This document shows, piece by piece, positions 38,621-54,423 of a DNA stretch of 64,000 nt. Origin of the DNA: Chrysomallon squamiferum (Eukaryota > Animalia > Mollusca). How positions within the stretch are numbered: position 1 is the stretch's first letter; each line of letters opens with the position of its first letter. Under the pieces are notes generated by a model. It was not told the origin of the DNA. It did no database searches and worked only from the letters and a program-made list of their open reading frames with translations. Where the stretch lies: positions 9,982,001 to 10,046,000 of the forward strand of contig CM022667.1 of assembly GCA_012295275.1 (NCBI GenBank), written 5' to 3'. The position numbers and the translations under genes were made by a program.

Positions 38621-40473
38621 AATTTTTTAGTCATAAAATCAGTTCTGTAGGTGAGCGACGTTTTCTAAATTTGGCTATTAATCGGTATTTTGTATTTGCG
38701 TCATTGTCTGCAGCTGGTAGTCAAACAAATATAACACAGTCTTAAAGATTAAAGGTTGCATGATCCAAATCGATATGTACAATCGTAGAATGTGCTTTAA
38801 TTATCTATCTTTTTACCCACATTTCTCTGACATCTGAGGCGACTTACTTTGTTTCATAATGATATTACTTTAAACATTAAACCTCGTACTTCCATACTAA
38901 TCAATACAAATTAAATTGTATAATCTTAACTAATAAAGGTGGGAGTGCGTTTGCTAATACTACCGGCAGTAGCTGAAGAAGCAGATATACATCTTGGAGG
39001 CAAAGACAAATTTCCTTTCCTTTAAAAAGAAGACAGATTTTCCTCGGATTGAGAATCGCTATCGATTTTCATCAATTTTTGAAAAATATGAATTATCTTC
39101 TTCACCGTCTCGGGTCGTCTGGTGGTTAGGTTTTTGAGGAGATGCCGTTGAAAAGAAGAGTTCCACTTATTAAAGACACCAAGAGACAATTCAGCGCGTG
39201 TTTCTCGTGTGTCGTTCATTTATCACAGGCACAGAGCTGAAATGAATTATGCTCTTCATCACAGCGGTTCTTTGGGTTATTATCGTTTTAGACGTATTAG
39301 AAAAGAATTTCTGCCTATTGAAGAAACAAGTGACAACTGAGTGAACACATCGCGCTGTTGAATTTTCAGCACCTCCTCGTTTTAGTAAAAGAAGCAAATT
39401 GCATTGAAATTATTCTTCATCTTAGCGGGCACCTGAATAATTTTATTTTTAGCGTATTCTTCATTTTCATCATCATCATCATCACCATCTTCATCTTCTT
39501 CTTTTTCTTCTTCTTCTTCTTCTTCTTCTTCTTCTTCTTCTTCTTCGTTTTTATATGCTTCTACCTATTAAGGTCACAAAACAACAGTTGACTGAATCTT
39601 TTCGCAAAGATGTATTTTCAGTATGTCGTCCACATATGTTTAAATCACGAAATTACAGTTAAACAGTTCTTCATCATACCGGGTCTTAGACTGGTTTTAT
39701 TTTTAGAGTTTTTATTTAAGAAAGAAAAGAAAGATTATATTTATTAAAGACGTGATAATAACAGGTCTACTTTTATTAAGGATACATTTTTAATATATTT
39801 GTCCCTCTATTAAAATTACAAAGATAGACTTGAAAATGAATTATATTCGTGATTTTAGTGGATGTTTGATTTCAGCCTCTCAATTGTTTTTTTTCTGGTT
39901 TTTTCTTTATCTTTTTTTTTTAATGGCATTTTTATCAAAAACACCAGTTTTTAAAACTGAATATATTTTAGGTTAAACAAAAAGAAGAAAATGCTAATAA
40001 ATTCGGTTTAAATGTATGATCTATATATCTCTCTATCGCTATCTATCTATCTATATAACTGTCTGTCTGTCTGTCTATCTGTCTATCTATCTGTCTGTCT
40101 GTCTATCTATTTATCTGTCTATCTATTCTATTTGCTGTGAGATCTAACATTCATTTTGATTTTAAAGCAATATATAACATTAGTAAATTACTAGTATTTA
40201 TTTATTTGGTTTGTCATTCGTCTGATAAATCGATCGAAAAACAATCGTTAATTTTAGGACGCCTCTTCTCAAATTTCTGTGGGGAAATAAAACAGACATG
40301 TTTATCTTAAAACCATTACAAAAAAAAAAAAAAAGTAATCGTCTGATCATAGTAAAAAAATATTAATGAAAGATAGAAAACATGTTCAGAAAGTAATTAT
40401 AAGCAAACATGCCCTAAAAGATAGTAATTTTCTTTTGAAAAATAACCGAATCGATACAAAGAATGATGATAAA

Positions 40474-40519
<46 letters not shown>

Positions 40520-41006
40520 AAAAGAAAGAAAAGAAAGAAAAAAGAATAAGAAAAACCATAAATAAATAAATAAATTGAGAGCTAATACACAAGCAAACAA
40601 AGAAACAAACAAACAAACAAATAATCAAATAACAAACTAACTAACTAAATAAATAAATAAATAAAATAACATAAATAAAATATATATATGAAAAAATAGA
40701 AAACAAAATAATAAGAAGTGAATAAGAAAACAACAAAAAAAAAAAAAGTAAAAAAAGAAAAAAAAGAAATGAAAAGAAAAACGTCAAACCCTATTGATGA
40801 AAATCAATATGTAGTTAATATGAAATGACGGTGATTTCATAGTTATAAAATTTATGATATCCTGACACGCCAAGTATTCGTGCTGTGACAATTTTATCAT
40901 TTACGTACAAATTACATCTTATCAGTTACTGTTACTGTGCGTGTGTGTAAATATTCAGTATATTAGCGATTTTAACATTTAAACACAAGACAAGAAGATA
41001 AAATAA

Positions 41007-41094
<88 letters not shown>

Positions 41095-41927
41095 ATAAAA
41101 CAAAACAATAAAGAAAAAAGAAAAAAACAGGAAAAATACAGAACTCAAAAAATCCCTAAGCAAAATTCGAAAGTAAAAGCATAGAGCGTTCTAACAAACT
41201 TACTGAAATGAAACGCGAACGAGCAATTCAATTTGTGCGTTTTACAACGACTTGAACAAGTTTACAGCGAGGTGAAATCTCTGTTCCGTTTATAATTAAA
41301 CCTGTATCCTCTGATGAAACCTTTCCACTCTGAGGACAAGTTGAGAGCTCGCGCTTTCAAGCGAAGAAATTGGTTTTATGTTTAATTCTGTTTGTGCTGA
41401 CTAAATGAGATCGGAAATTATGTACGAGAGTTTTTGCATCTTTGTATCTGCATCAGTATTAGTGTTTGTACGTGTATCTAAGTGAATGTGAAATAGTGAG
41501 ACACAGACATATAAACAGAGATAAAGATGGATAAATGAGTGGATCGGCAGACTGATAAATATATAAAGAAAAATGAAGATAGACAGATAGATAGACAGAC
41601 AAACAGACACACAGACAGACAGACAGATAGTTTGGTAGATAGTTAGGCAGATGGGTAGGTTGGATGCTAGACATACGGACAGTTAAGTTCTTAGGTAGAT
41701 GAGTAAATAACTGTTAACATTACACAATACACCTTGAACTTAGAGCTTTTTAATGTAGCTGCCATATCTTAGTTATAATTAATGTTTTTAATCTTTTCTG
41801 TTTCAGTTTTTTTTCCCAGTGGCCAAACAATGATCACGAAGACAAACGAAGATTTTGAATTCGACACTCGGGTCTCTTCCGATCACATCTACGTCTAGTC
41901 GTTTTCTTCTCAGAATCCAGATTAAAG

Positions 41928-42872
41928 ATGTCCTTCCCTGCAATGATGGAGACGGTAATAAAATCAGCCAAACAGATGACCTTCCTGAAAAACGCTAAAT
42001 GCGAATTTTTAGTAACGACGTTTTACGTTCTCATCGGGTGCGGTTCGACCATTACCGGAAACACACGATGCAAAACGAACAGCGACGAACTGAAAGCGGC
42101 CGTCACTTTCGGAATGCTGGCCGTCACGTTGCTGTTTTGGTCCCTTAGAACAAGCGGTCTAGCTCAAATGAACCCGGCTGTATCTATTGCCATGATGTGC
42201 ACGCGAAAGACTGACGTCATCACAATTTTAATTAATATTCTGGCTCAGTGTGTTGGGGGTATTGCAGGGGCTGGGATTTTGTATGGAGTGACGCCAGCGA
42301 GATTTCACGAATTACTGGGCGTGACCTACGTGCACTCTGACATTGACGTGGGACAGGCGTTTGGAATAGAGTTTCTAATAACTTTCCTCATGACGTATTC
42401 GTATTTTGCCAGTATAGATTACCCAGGATGCACTAGCACTATTCCTTTCGAACTGTTACCTGTGGGATTTTCAATCACTATTGGACATACATTTGGGGTA
42501 AGTTATTTTTGATTCTACAAACAATGACATCAACAACAACAACAAAATAAAAAAAAAAAAATCAAGAAAAAAAGAAGGAAAGAAAAAAATCAAGAAAAAA
42601 CCCACTGTTTGCTCTATTTAGTTATTTTTTCAACGAGGCCAACTTTTGCTAAAGATAAAGTATAGCATTTATATAATTTGCTGATGTTGTTATTTCTTTT
42701 TCATTACTCATGACGTCATAACTTGCATACAAATAAATATAAAAACTAAACTAAATAATAGAGTAAATAAAATACTACTGTATAGTACTACTTTTACTAC
42801 TATTACTACTACCACCACCACTACTATTACTACTACTACTGCTACTGCTGCTACTACTACTACTACTACATG

Positions 42873-42933
<61 letters not shown>

Positions 42934-43744
42934 TAATAATAATATTCTGTTTTAATAATAATAAAAATAACTACGAAAAACAATAAAATCAATGATAATC
43001 ATTACAAAAACTAACAACAACAACAGCTATAAGCCAACTGTCCCGCTGACTTTCTCATACACAGTGTATGCAGACAAGAACAAAATGAGTAAATAATTGG
43101 CTGTGATGTCTGTAAACACTATCACAGTAATACTTTATAAGACAGTTCATCATAAATATTGACATGACCTGTGCTTGCTGTGTGAAGCCCTTGGGCAATG
43201 CTAGATGAAAGTGCGAAGATCAAATTAAAAAACAATTTTATATCCTTTCATGACGAAATTTTTGATTATTTTTAATATCGTAGAAAATAACCTAAGGTCC
43301 TCTAGTACAGACTTGTTATTGTTGATTTTGTTTTTGTTGTTGTTACTGTTGTTATCATCATCATCATCATCATCACCGTTATCATCATTATCCTCGTTGT
43401 TGTTGTTATACCATAAATATATCATTTATTATTAATATTGTTCTTTGGTTGTTATTGTTATTTTGATTTTTATTGTTGTTATTATTACTACTACTACTAT
43501 AATTATTTTTGCTGTTATTACTAGTTAACAATATTAATGCCATTATCATCATCGTCATCATTATTCATCATCGTTATCATTCTTGTTGATCATTCTTGTT
43601 GATTATTGTTGTTGTTGTTGTTGTTATTATTATTATTGGTAGTAGTAGTTGCAATATTACAATTAATGGATTTTTTTTTTTATTTTTTGTTTTAATTTTG
43701 TTGTTATTTTTTTTTTTTTAATTTTGGTTACTTGTTGTTTCAAA

Positions 43745-43779
<35 letters not shown>

Positions 43780-44508
43780 GATTATTATTATTATTATTAC
43801 AGTGGAAGTATACTGGAGCTAGTATGAATCCTGCAAGATCTCTTGGTCCGGCTGTCGTCTGCAACTTCTGGACTAATCACTGGGTACGTAATTTCATTAG
43901 ATTATTGTAATGTGTGAGGACGAGAGTGCTAAGTGTGTATTAATGTGTAAGAGAGTTGGTTTGTTCTTATATATCTTAACGTGTCTTACCTGTTATGGAC
44001 GATATCCCAAGGAAGCTTTAATATATACATTTTTGCAGTCATCTATTTGAAATACCGATATATAAACTTAAAGTTTTCTCTGATTAGTGCAAATCCCGTA
44101 TCCAAGATAAACAAACGTAAGTGTTGACGTCATCAATACATCAATAAAGTGGTCACGTTGTATTCTTGAATCGGTCTTTTATTTATTTATTTATTTATTT
44201 TAAAGAAAGAATTTATTAAATCGCCTAATTAACTTAACATTATCAAAATATCGATATAATACATTAATTTCTTTTTTCCTTTATCCATTTAGGTTTACTG
44301 GATAGGACCCATTTTTGGTGCTATTTTGGGAGGAATTACCTACGAATACAGCCACACTAGATACTCGGAAATTCGTCCGCTTCGACGATCTAGTTCCACT
44401 CATTTGGACACAGTCAACTTAGAGGAACCAACAGACAGCAAAGAAAGTGTGGAACTTCCGACCGAACTGACTTTTACCATGACACAAACCGATGACCCAG
44501 AAGTGTAA
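41928..44508 (+). CDS. Aquaporin, AQP4-like (classical water-channel type), 288 aa. Exons: 41928-42497, 43803-43883, 44293-44508
   Basis: Two NPA boxes (QMNPAVS and [15 protein letters not shown]), [12 protein letters not shown], and HW|[14 protein letters not shown]. Both introns are GT-AG and phase 0, with an 81-nt exon carrying the second NPA. The ar/R positions read F, H, A, R by eye alignment to AQP1/AQP4. Confidence 0.92.
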
Positions 44509-44949
44509 ATATATTACTGTGTTATTGTGTGTGTCTCAGAAACTGAGAAAGTGAGCGGAGATAAGCGGAAGATGTAGCGTTGTTTTCATTATGACGTCAG
44601 AAATGTTTTACCCGCATCACCGTGAAATCTCGGAATTGGATTTTATCATTTTCATGCGGACCAAAACGATTTAAAATCGCTGCACATGTAATAGAATTGT
44701 TTTAATTCAAACATCTGAACGATAAGAAAATATGATGATGTTTAATGGATGGACATTTTGCGTGTGTGAATGGTACGTACCTATAGAAAGAAAGACACAA
44801 AAATGGTAAACGATCAGTCAGCTTGTCCGGTTTTCAGTTTTGAACATTTTAAACTTGCTTATTTTTTTCATATTGTTGTTGTTGTTGTTTTGTTGTTTTT
44901 ATTTTGTTTTTTGTTGTTGTTGTTTTTTGTTATCTTTTTTTTGTTTTTA

Positions 44950-45005
<56 letters not shown>

Positions 45006-45707
45006 AACTGAAAAATCAAATTTCTAATCATAATTAAACAATGTATTGAAACTGTCTTAATACATATTAGAAACACTTTAATAGTCTTTGTTTAATTAGA
45101 CAGTTAACTAGTGTGATTACTTTAATGTTTGCATGTCTTTGAGATCTAAAAAAAAACAAAAAAAAAAAAAAAAACCTTTGGTTCTCCATACCTCAAAATA
45201 AAGGACTCCTAATAATTTTTACAGGCGATAACAAAATCAGAAGAAACAAACTTCAAGAACAAACGAAATTTTATATTAATATTCAACAACAAAAATAATT
45301 ATTACTAAAAATGTTTTATTTTACCAGTAAGGAATATTTTCAGTTAATGTTCAACTGACATTAAAAAGGTTTCAAAAAAAAAAAAAAAAATGTTTTATAT
45401 TACTGTAACATTCATGTTCAACATTAATGTTTTTATTCTCATGGGATCTGTTTATACTGTTATTCAGTCAAAGCAGACGTAAGAATCAATTTATCAAATC
45501 TTCAGTGAAGCAGTCATTTAAAAAATATTAATGATTATTAAAGGCTGATGAGTCAAATTACTCAACTTACTGAACAGAATGTTATCAATTTCAGCAACTC
45601 ACGATGTTTAGTCATTCTTTTATTATCTATGAGAAGGTGAAGGTATCATGGAGCTTGTTGTTTTGAGAGAAGTGACAGTGATATTTATTTCTCTGTCATT
45701 ATAAAAC

Positions 45708-45741
<34 letters not shown>

Positions 45742-47046
45742 AATATATATACATGCAGACACACACTATGTATCCATCCATCTATCTATCTGTCATCTCT
45801 ATGTAATAGCTAAAATAAGCCTGACATTAAAAGCATAGAAGAAAGAATGAAGAAAGAAAGATACTGTTTCATTTAAAGATGAACAAAACTTTTATTTAAA
45901 GATACCTGTCAAAAGTAAACTCAGATAATAAAAAAGAAATCCTGATGACCTGTTATTTTTGTTTTCTTTATACCATCCTAAACAGGACTGTACATACCAG
46001 AACCTTTCTTACATCAATTGTGGTTTGAAAGAGAAACAGTTTAATGCTGTCTGCCAGGAAGGATTGAAACAAGGACCATCCACACCTAGAACAGAATTTC
46101 AACCATTGCAGCTTCCTTTAAATAAATTATTATTCAAAAAGTTCATTTATAGACGTGGCCAATCAGAGTAATGAAAAGAAAACAAGAACGAAGTGTATGT
46201 AAATATGTATAGTTTTAATTGCACGCAGATTAAAGTACGCTATCAGATTTACAAATTATTTTAATTACATGGTTTTTCTTATGTACAAATTCATCATCCA
46301 GATGCTGCAGTACACAGCAAGTGTCTAGAAAAGACAATAATTGTCAAAATAGTCCATGGAAAAAAAAAAAAAAATTTTACAGTAATAATAATAATAATTT
46401 AATATACTTATTGCCAACATTTATATTAAATAATTTTCTAATATATCACATATACACAGTAAATAATTCTGAATTATTATTTATTCTTTTGTACATAATT
46501 TGTTGAAGAATTATTAAAAATAAAAAATAAATTTGAAACATTAATAAATAATAATTATTAATGAATTTAGAGAAAAAAAAAAAAATTAATAACTTTCTAG
46601 TGATTTTGAATCTAATAATTGATATGATTGATTATAAACATATAATATGTATATGTGAATAAAAACTACAATGAATGTGAATAGACATGATAATTTATAA
46701 TTATATGAAGATAGTATCTGTGTGAATGGATATTTAAATTATTATGTTTAAACATACAAATAAAGTATATGTAAATAGACACAATATTCACAACTGTGTG
46801 AATGGATATTTGGACATGTTTAAACATACAAATAAAATACATGCAAATAGACGTACAATAATCATAATTATGTGAACAGTATTTGGATAAACATTTATAT
46901 GATTAAACATTTAAATACTTGAATAGATATCTGAATAAAACACATACAATACATGATTAAACGTGTGAATAACACAAATACATTATTCTTAAAACAAAGT
47001 AAGGTACTTATATTAACAAAAACTCACAGCTGCATTATTATTATTA

Positions 47047-47081
<35 letters not shown>

Positions 47082-48184
47082 ATGCACACAACAAATATCA
47101 TATTATACACAAAATGGAAATATTATGTTTCACCAGTGAAGAAAAGGAATGTTTATTTCAATTAGTTAATAATAATGACACAAAGAAGAAGAAAAAGGAG
47201 AAAGACAATTATAACAGAAGAAAATAATAATAAAAATGATAACAATAATAAAATAATAATAATAAATATAAGACATGAAATATAATTTACATTAGAATCA
47301 CTTGTCTATTAACTGTCTATCTTAAAATAATTTTAAAAAGTGGCTGTCCCATTTTATAAACGTACAAAGGTACGTGTGTCTGTTTGTCTTTCTATCTGTA
47401 TATATCTGTAATTGCATGCTTGTATAATTGTGAATACATAATATACCTATGTCTGCATGAATATATACACTGAAGTGTAAGTATTTTATATATGTACAGA
47501 ACAGTATAGTCACTCAAATACTCACAAATGTAAATATGGCTTCAAGCCTTGTACACAGTATGTACATATAATAAAAATAACAACAAAAATTAATTTCACA
47601 GATGTTTTTTTTTCATTAATAATTAATGTTTATGTACAAAATATAATACAACATGGAGGAAGATACAAAATGGCATGTACATTTATAGAAGCACTTTACT
47701 ATATATTTTTTAATAAAAGAAGTAAAAAAAAACCATACTGAAACGACATAATTAAAAACAAAAAGTAACTCAATGGTTAAAAAACTGAAGAAAATTTGTA
47801 TGTGTGTATAAGTAATTATCCATATAGACAGATATATATACATTTATATATATATACATACTCTTTATCAGCATTATTTATATTTATTCTTTATTGTTCA
47901 GTGTCTTCGTTTTCGTCTCTCACATACTAGATTTTATTTTTTTTATTTTTATTCTATCTCTTGAGATCAATGTGAAGAAAATATCTGAGCATCTGACTAG
48001 AAATAAAGTCAAGGCAATAGACTGAAACCTCCTCATATACATACGTTTTTACAAAAGTACAAGCTGTACTGGATTGGGCTGCTGTTATTACACAACTTTA
48101 GTTTGTGTGGTCAATGCATACAAACACAAAAATGTTTTGTTTCTGTGTGTCTTTGTGTTGTGTGTTGTATGTTGTGTGCATGTA

Positions 48185-48234
<50 letters not shown>

Positions 48235-48583
48235 GATATATATTTGTGCCAGAATTTAAGCATATTTAAATGGGTTTGTAAAGATATTAAATGTTTGTGT
48301 GTGTGTGGATGTGTGTATACAAATACATGTGCACATGTACACAGTGTGTTGCTCAAATTCACACATGCACAAATAAATAAAAATGCTTGAAAGAGACACA
48401 GACATAAAATATTTAATTTTTTTAATTGCATGGAAATCTTTGGATATTCTGAAATTCAACTTCTTGTTTATCATTTATATCTCTTCCGTGAGAGTGTTGT
48501 TAAAACAAAACTTTAAATATAATAACTTAAAAACTATATCCCTAAATAAATTAAATAAATAAATAAATAAATGCATTAAGTAA

Positions 48584-48626
<43 letters not shown>

Positions 48627-48812
48627 AAATATATAATAAATAAAATGAAAATATCAATATCATTTCAAATCTTTCATTTTCTCATGAACAGATTACGTCA
48701 GTTTATCTTTCTCAGTTTTAAACAAAAAAAGAACTGAAAAAAGAAAGACAAATGACAATTAGGATCACAAATATTACACACATACACATATGAACAACAC
48801 TGATGCTGACGT

Positions 48813-49823
48813 TCATGATGATGATGATGATGATGATGACGATGATGGTGTCAGAATAATAATACTTGGTGTGCTGTGTTTCTGGGATATCATTTGAGAC
48901 ATGTCGTCTGAGTACGTCACAAACACGGATAGGTTGTTGAGGTTGTAGACCCCAGGATGGCAGAAACCAGCCCTCAGCCCCACCTGCTGACTGGCGTTGG
49001 GACCGAGGGACAGGCGGGCAAGAGTCTGGCCCACCCACCTGAAACTGCTGCTCATTGGCTGAAGTGTGGGGTACGTCATTGGTAAGATGGTGGACTCAAC
49101 GTGTGTGGATCCAAGTCTGGAAATTAAAATATATTTTGCTGTACTGACATTTACTGAACTGTACATCTGACATTATGAGAAAATGGTGTAATGAAATTCC
49201 TCAAGGAATGCAAATTATTATTTCATTGTCATGTATGATCTAGCATCACTCAAAACTCAGTATGACAGTAAAATAATAAACATATGACTGCAACCATTTT
49301 GCTCCTTAACACATGAAGTCATTTTACACACACACACGCACACGCGTACACACACACACACACACACACACAAAGACAGATATAGATATATTTCTATATA
49401 GTGAAGTAATAACAGTATTATTCCAGACAGTTAAAGACATTTTTATAATGTACTCTTTTGACCCTATACTTAATTATTAATTAACATTTTGCAGCATAAA
49501 AAACCCCAAATTAAAACAAAATTCCATCATACTAACATATAATTATACTAATATATTTATATTATTTCTTATCATTAAAGATTTACTTTTATGTTACACT
49601 GATATCCACCTACACACACATAAAACAAAAAGAAAATTTTAAAATTAAGATGTTGATAAATAAAATTAGTTTTGTTATTAGACAACAAACCTGTCTGAAG
49701 ATTTGCTGGTGTCAACAAGGATGTCAACTGACGTCTCTGACTGGTTTTGCAGTTTCACTGTCACCGGCACCACACAGATTCTATCAAAATAAAAATACTA
49801 CATTTACTTATTTGTTAATTAAT

Positions 49824-49890
<67 letters not shown>

Positions 49891-51784
49891 TTGTCTAATA
49901 ATCAATGTTAATATGTACATATACTTTCTTTCTTTATATTGTTTTCTCTCATTTTGCTTTTATTTCTATACTACTACTACTACCACTACTACTCTCTCTC
50001 TTTCTCTCCACATTTATATTATATAATTACTTCTAACTGCAATAATAAGCACAAATCAATCATTCAAAATTACATTTTCAAGTTTTACACATAAATATTT
50101 TATAAACAAAACAAAAACAGTATATATCAATAAAAACAGACCATTATTAAATAAATAAAAAGTTAAAATACACACACTTTAAATTATATTAACAGCAGTT
50201 TGTTAAACTTATTTACATAAAATTATTTTATGTATTTAAAAAACAAAACTCAGTACCTACCCATTGTTTCTGAAGTCATGTTGTACAGTTCTATCATGTA
50301 CAAATGAAAAGCTGACTAACTTTGTCGTCACTTCTGGACTTGGCTGAGCTTTTGTCTCTGGCTCCTGTTCTCGGTTAAATTTCAGTGGAGGTAAGTCTGT
50401 GTTTAACTAATAACAAAAATAAATATCAAAGAAAAACATATACAGTGAGAAAAAATAAAAATAAATAAAAATAAGTAATTACTGAGCATGTCTTTATATT
50501 TGTAACCATAGAGAACTATCGTTCAAACCAGTTACAGAAAATCTCAAAAATTATAGAGCCATTTCACAAAACTGCCTGAAATTAATTTTTACTTTGACCA
50601 CGAGAATGAAGTACGAGTTAAACCAACCACAGCACATTACATAAAATAACAACTTGAGAACTTACAAGACATGATTAGCACATACTTTCTAACAACAAGA
50701 AGGTGCATGTGCATCAGTAAGCATTTTAATATATTGACTTTTTATTTAAAAAACAAATTTACCATGACAAATGGATATGACGTTGCCACGGTGTTAACTT
50801 TGTCCACGTGCACGTGATGCTGACCAACTAGAATCTTCATCTGACCATTCTCCTGAGCTACGTAGGCCTGTTAAACATAACAATGTGATAGTAACAGTAG
50901 CAGTAGCAATTGTAGTAGTAGTAGTAGTAGTAATATAAATAATAATAATAATACTAATAATAATAACAATAATAATAAAAATAATGAACAGCAGCAGCAA
51001 TATTATTATTAACAACAAAAGCACGAGTAGTAACATTAACAATAAATAGCACAAAAACATTGATAATGATGATGGTGATGTTGATAATGATGATAATTAT
51101 TATCTGAAACTATTTTAGTCTTCAACATACAGGTATCATATAACATCCTAATCTTTACAGCAGCTAATGAGGTAGTTTGCTTTTGGCCGTAAATCTTTAC
51201 TAATAATAAATTATAAAAAATAATAAATAAATTAATAAATTAATAAATAAATAAAAAATTAAAAATGAGTGCCTCATTGAAACTTGCATCATTTTAAAAC
51301 TTAAATTTACTATTTTAATACAACTAACATAAAATTCTAAAGAGAATATTTAATTTAAAACTCTTCAGAAACTGATCACATATTTAACATGACATCTTCT
51401 CTTCTATCCAGTGAAGGCACAATAAGAAGATGAATCTAATATTAAATTTAGTTTTTAAATGAACCAAATGCTCTGTTTTTAAGAACATAGGAGTTACCTT
51501 CCAGAGAAAGATGAGGGTGAGGTTAATCTCAAGTGCTTTGTTCAGCTGACTGAAATCCGGGAGTGTCTGGAATCTGTTTAACCTCGGTGTTGGCACAGTC
51601 TCTGATGACTTTTTTGACTTCCTGCGATTGAGACTGTGAAAGAAGAAATCACAGCATGGTGTCTTAACACTGCTGATCTGAAATAATAAAATAATAATAA
51701 TAATAATAATAGTAACAGTAATAGAATAATAATATTAACCATAATAATAGTAATAATAACAATAACAATAATAATAGTAGTAGA

Positions 51785-51832
<48 letters not shown>

Positions 51833-52402
51833 AATAATAATAATGATAATAATAATAATATTCATAATAATAATGATAATTAAAATAAATAAGTAATACA
51901 GCACTACAACTAATAATGACAGTAATATAATTATAATAATGCTAACATTGAAACAATGGCATTAATAATAGTAACAAATAATAAAAGTAAATACATGCAT
52001 TTCCTACCTGTTGTAGATCAAATGGCACTTCAGTGAATAAAAACAGTTCATCTGAAAATTAAGTAGAAACTTTATAAACTCTTTTTCAATTTTTTTAACC
52101 ATGATAGTATCAGCAGATAACTTGTTCTTATATGTATAACGAAACAGTTGTGTAATATGTATTTTTGATAGTTTTTTTTTTTTTTTTGTGGGGGTTTTGC
52201 ATTATTTTAGAAAATAAATAGAAAAATTTATAAAGTGAAGTATAAAGCATATTTAGGAAATAATCAAACACTCAATCAAATAAATGTAAATATAACAATA
52301 AATAAATAAATCAATAAAAATATCACGAGAAAACAAAACAAAATAAAATGAAATGAAATAAAATAATTGTATAAATAAAGTGATAAAGAAATAGAAGGAA
52401 AA

Positions 52403-52437
<35 letters not shown>

Positions 52438-54061
52438 TTAAAAATAAATAAATAAATTTACCTGCTGTGGTGTCTGCTTTTTTACCCTTTAAAGCTAACT
52501 GAAGAGTCTCTCTGCTACCAATACGTAAACCTGTCAAAATAACACATTCATCTTGTCAAAATAACACATCAATCTTGTCAAAATAACACACATTGAACTT
52601 GTCAAAATAACACACATTGAACTTGTCAAAATAACACATTAATCTTGTCAAAATAACACATTAATCTTGTCAAAATAACATACATTAAACCTGTCAAAAT
52701 AACACACATTGAACTTGTCAAAATAAATGATTAATCTTGTCAAAATAACACATATTAAACTTGTCAAAATAACACACATTAAACTTGCCAAGATAAAACA
52801 TATTAAACTTGATTATAAAACAAGCCACCTAGCCACACACATACACTTACTCACACATGCATGGTCACAAACACATGCACACACACACGCGCACACAGTG
52901 TGCACAAAAAAATACATAAATAATCATTACCTTCCTGGTCAAACACACTCAGACTTTCAACCATCCAACTTGGACTGGAACAGGACACCTGAGTGATCTG
53001 TAACTCCTGTATATGAGGACACTGCACCTGCACCTGGAAAAAACAACAGAGTTATGTAAACCCACACACGTATTTACACATATATATACACACTCAAGCA
53101 AGCACATGCGTGCACGCGTGCACACACACACACACACACACACAAAACACACACTTACGTGGAAATCAATAAATAAATTCAATACCTGACTGAGATTTTC
53201 GAGCTCACAGGAAATGATGCAGGAGTTCAGTTCCTGTCCACTGTTGTGGCTGACGCAGGTACTTGGTTTTGTAACAACAGCTCGAACACTAAGAGATTCC
53301 ACTGTTTTCACTATCGCCTTGTGTTGTAGAATTCTGTGCCTGAAATTAATCACTTAATTAATATTTAACGACAACACAGCATGAAAAGAAAACCAGCAAT
53401 CAGTCACTAAGTGTTTTCAGCTGATCAGTCAGTATTTTTTAAAACATACATTCACTCACTCACTAACTCAACTACAAAAAGACACACATACACACACACA
53501 GACAGAAACAGTCATACTCATGTTTTTTTACTTGAATTCACAAATAAACCAGCAGCTAACAATGTAAACTGACTACAACAGCTAGAAGAAACACATTTAC
53601 CTCACTTTCGACTGGCTGTTTACTGGCTCATAGTAAAAGAGAAAATCCACTTCGTGCACCCCACCAATATCGTTTCCACGAAGCCACAGGGGTACAGATA
53701 TCACTTCCCCTGGCTTCACCACAGAATTGGGTAAAGGAATGGTCACAACGGGATTCATTGTTCTCATATCACAAATACTGTTTTCCATTGCACTAGAGTC
53801 TCGTTTGTCTACAGACCTCATCTGGTAGACGTACGGGTATTTGGGCAGGTCCACACCCGAGCCGAACGTGAAGAATTCTGGGTGACTGGAAGTCACCTTC
53901 AGTTTGTGGAACGGGCTCCTGCCACTGTTTGTGATCTCAATTTCTATACAGTGAACCTCACCGCACAACAGTGAGTCGGGGAAATCACAGAAATTTACCT
54001 TTAATAAATAAATTAAAAAATACAAATAAATAAGTAATAACAACAATAATAAATAATAACT

Positions 54062-54120
<59 letters not shown>

Positions 54121-54368
54121 AAGTTTATTTTGATGTCGATTTTCTAGTGTAATCAATATTTCTAACAATTCCTCAAACAATGTAATAAAATAAAATACAT
54201 GGAACTGAAATTAAATTTCTGGAAGAGCAGACAATTGTGAATTAAGCAGGAGAGTAGAAGGGTATACATATGTATGAAACAAACAAACAAATATAAAAAA
54301 AAAATAAAAATAAAAATAAAAATAAATAAATAAATAAATAAACAAATTTAAAAAAAACATAATAATAA

Positions 54369-54423
<55 letters not shown>

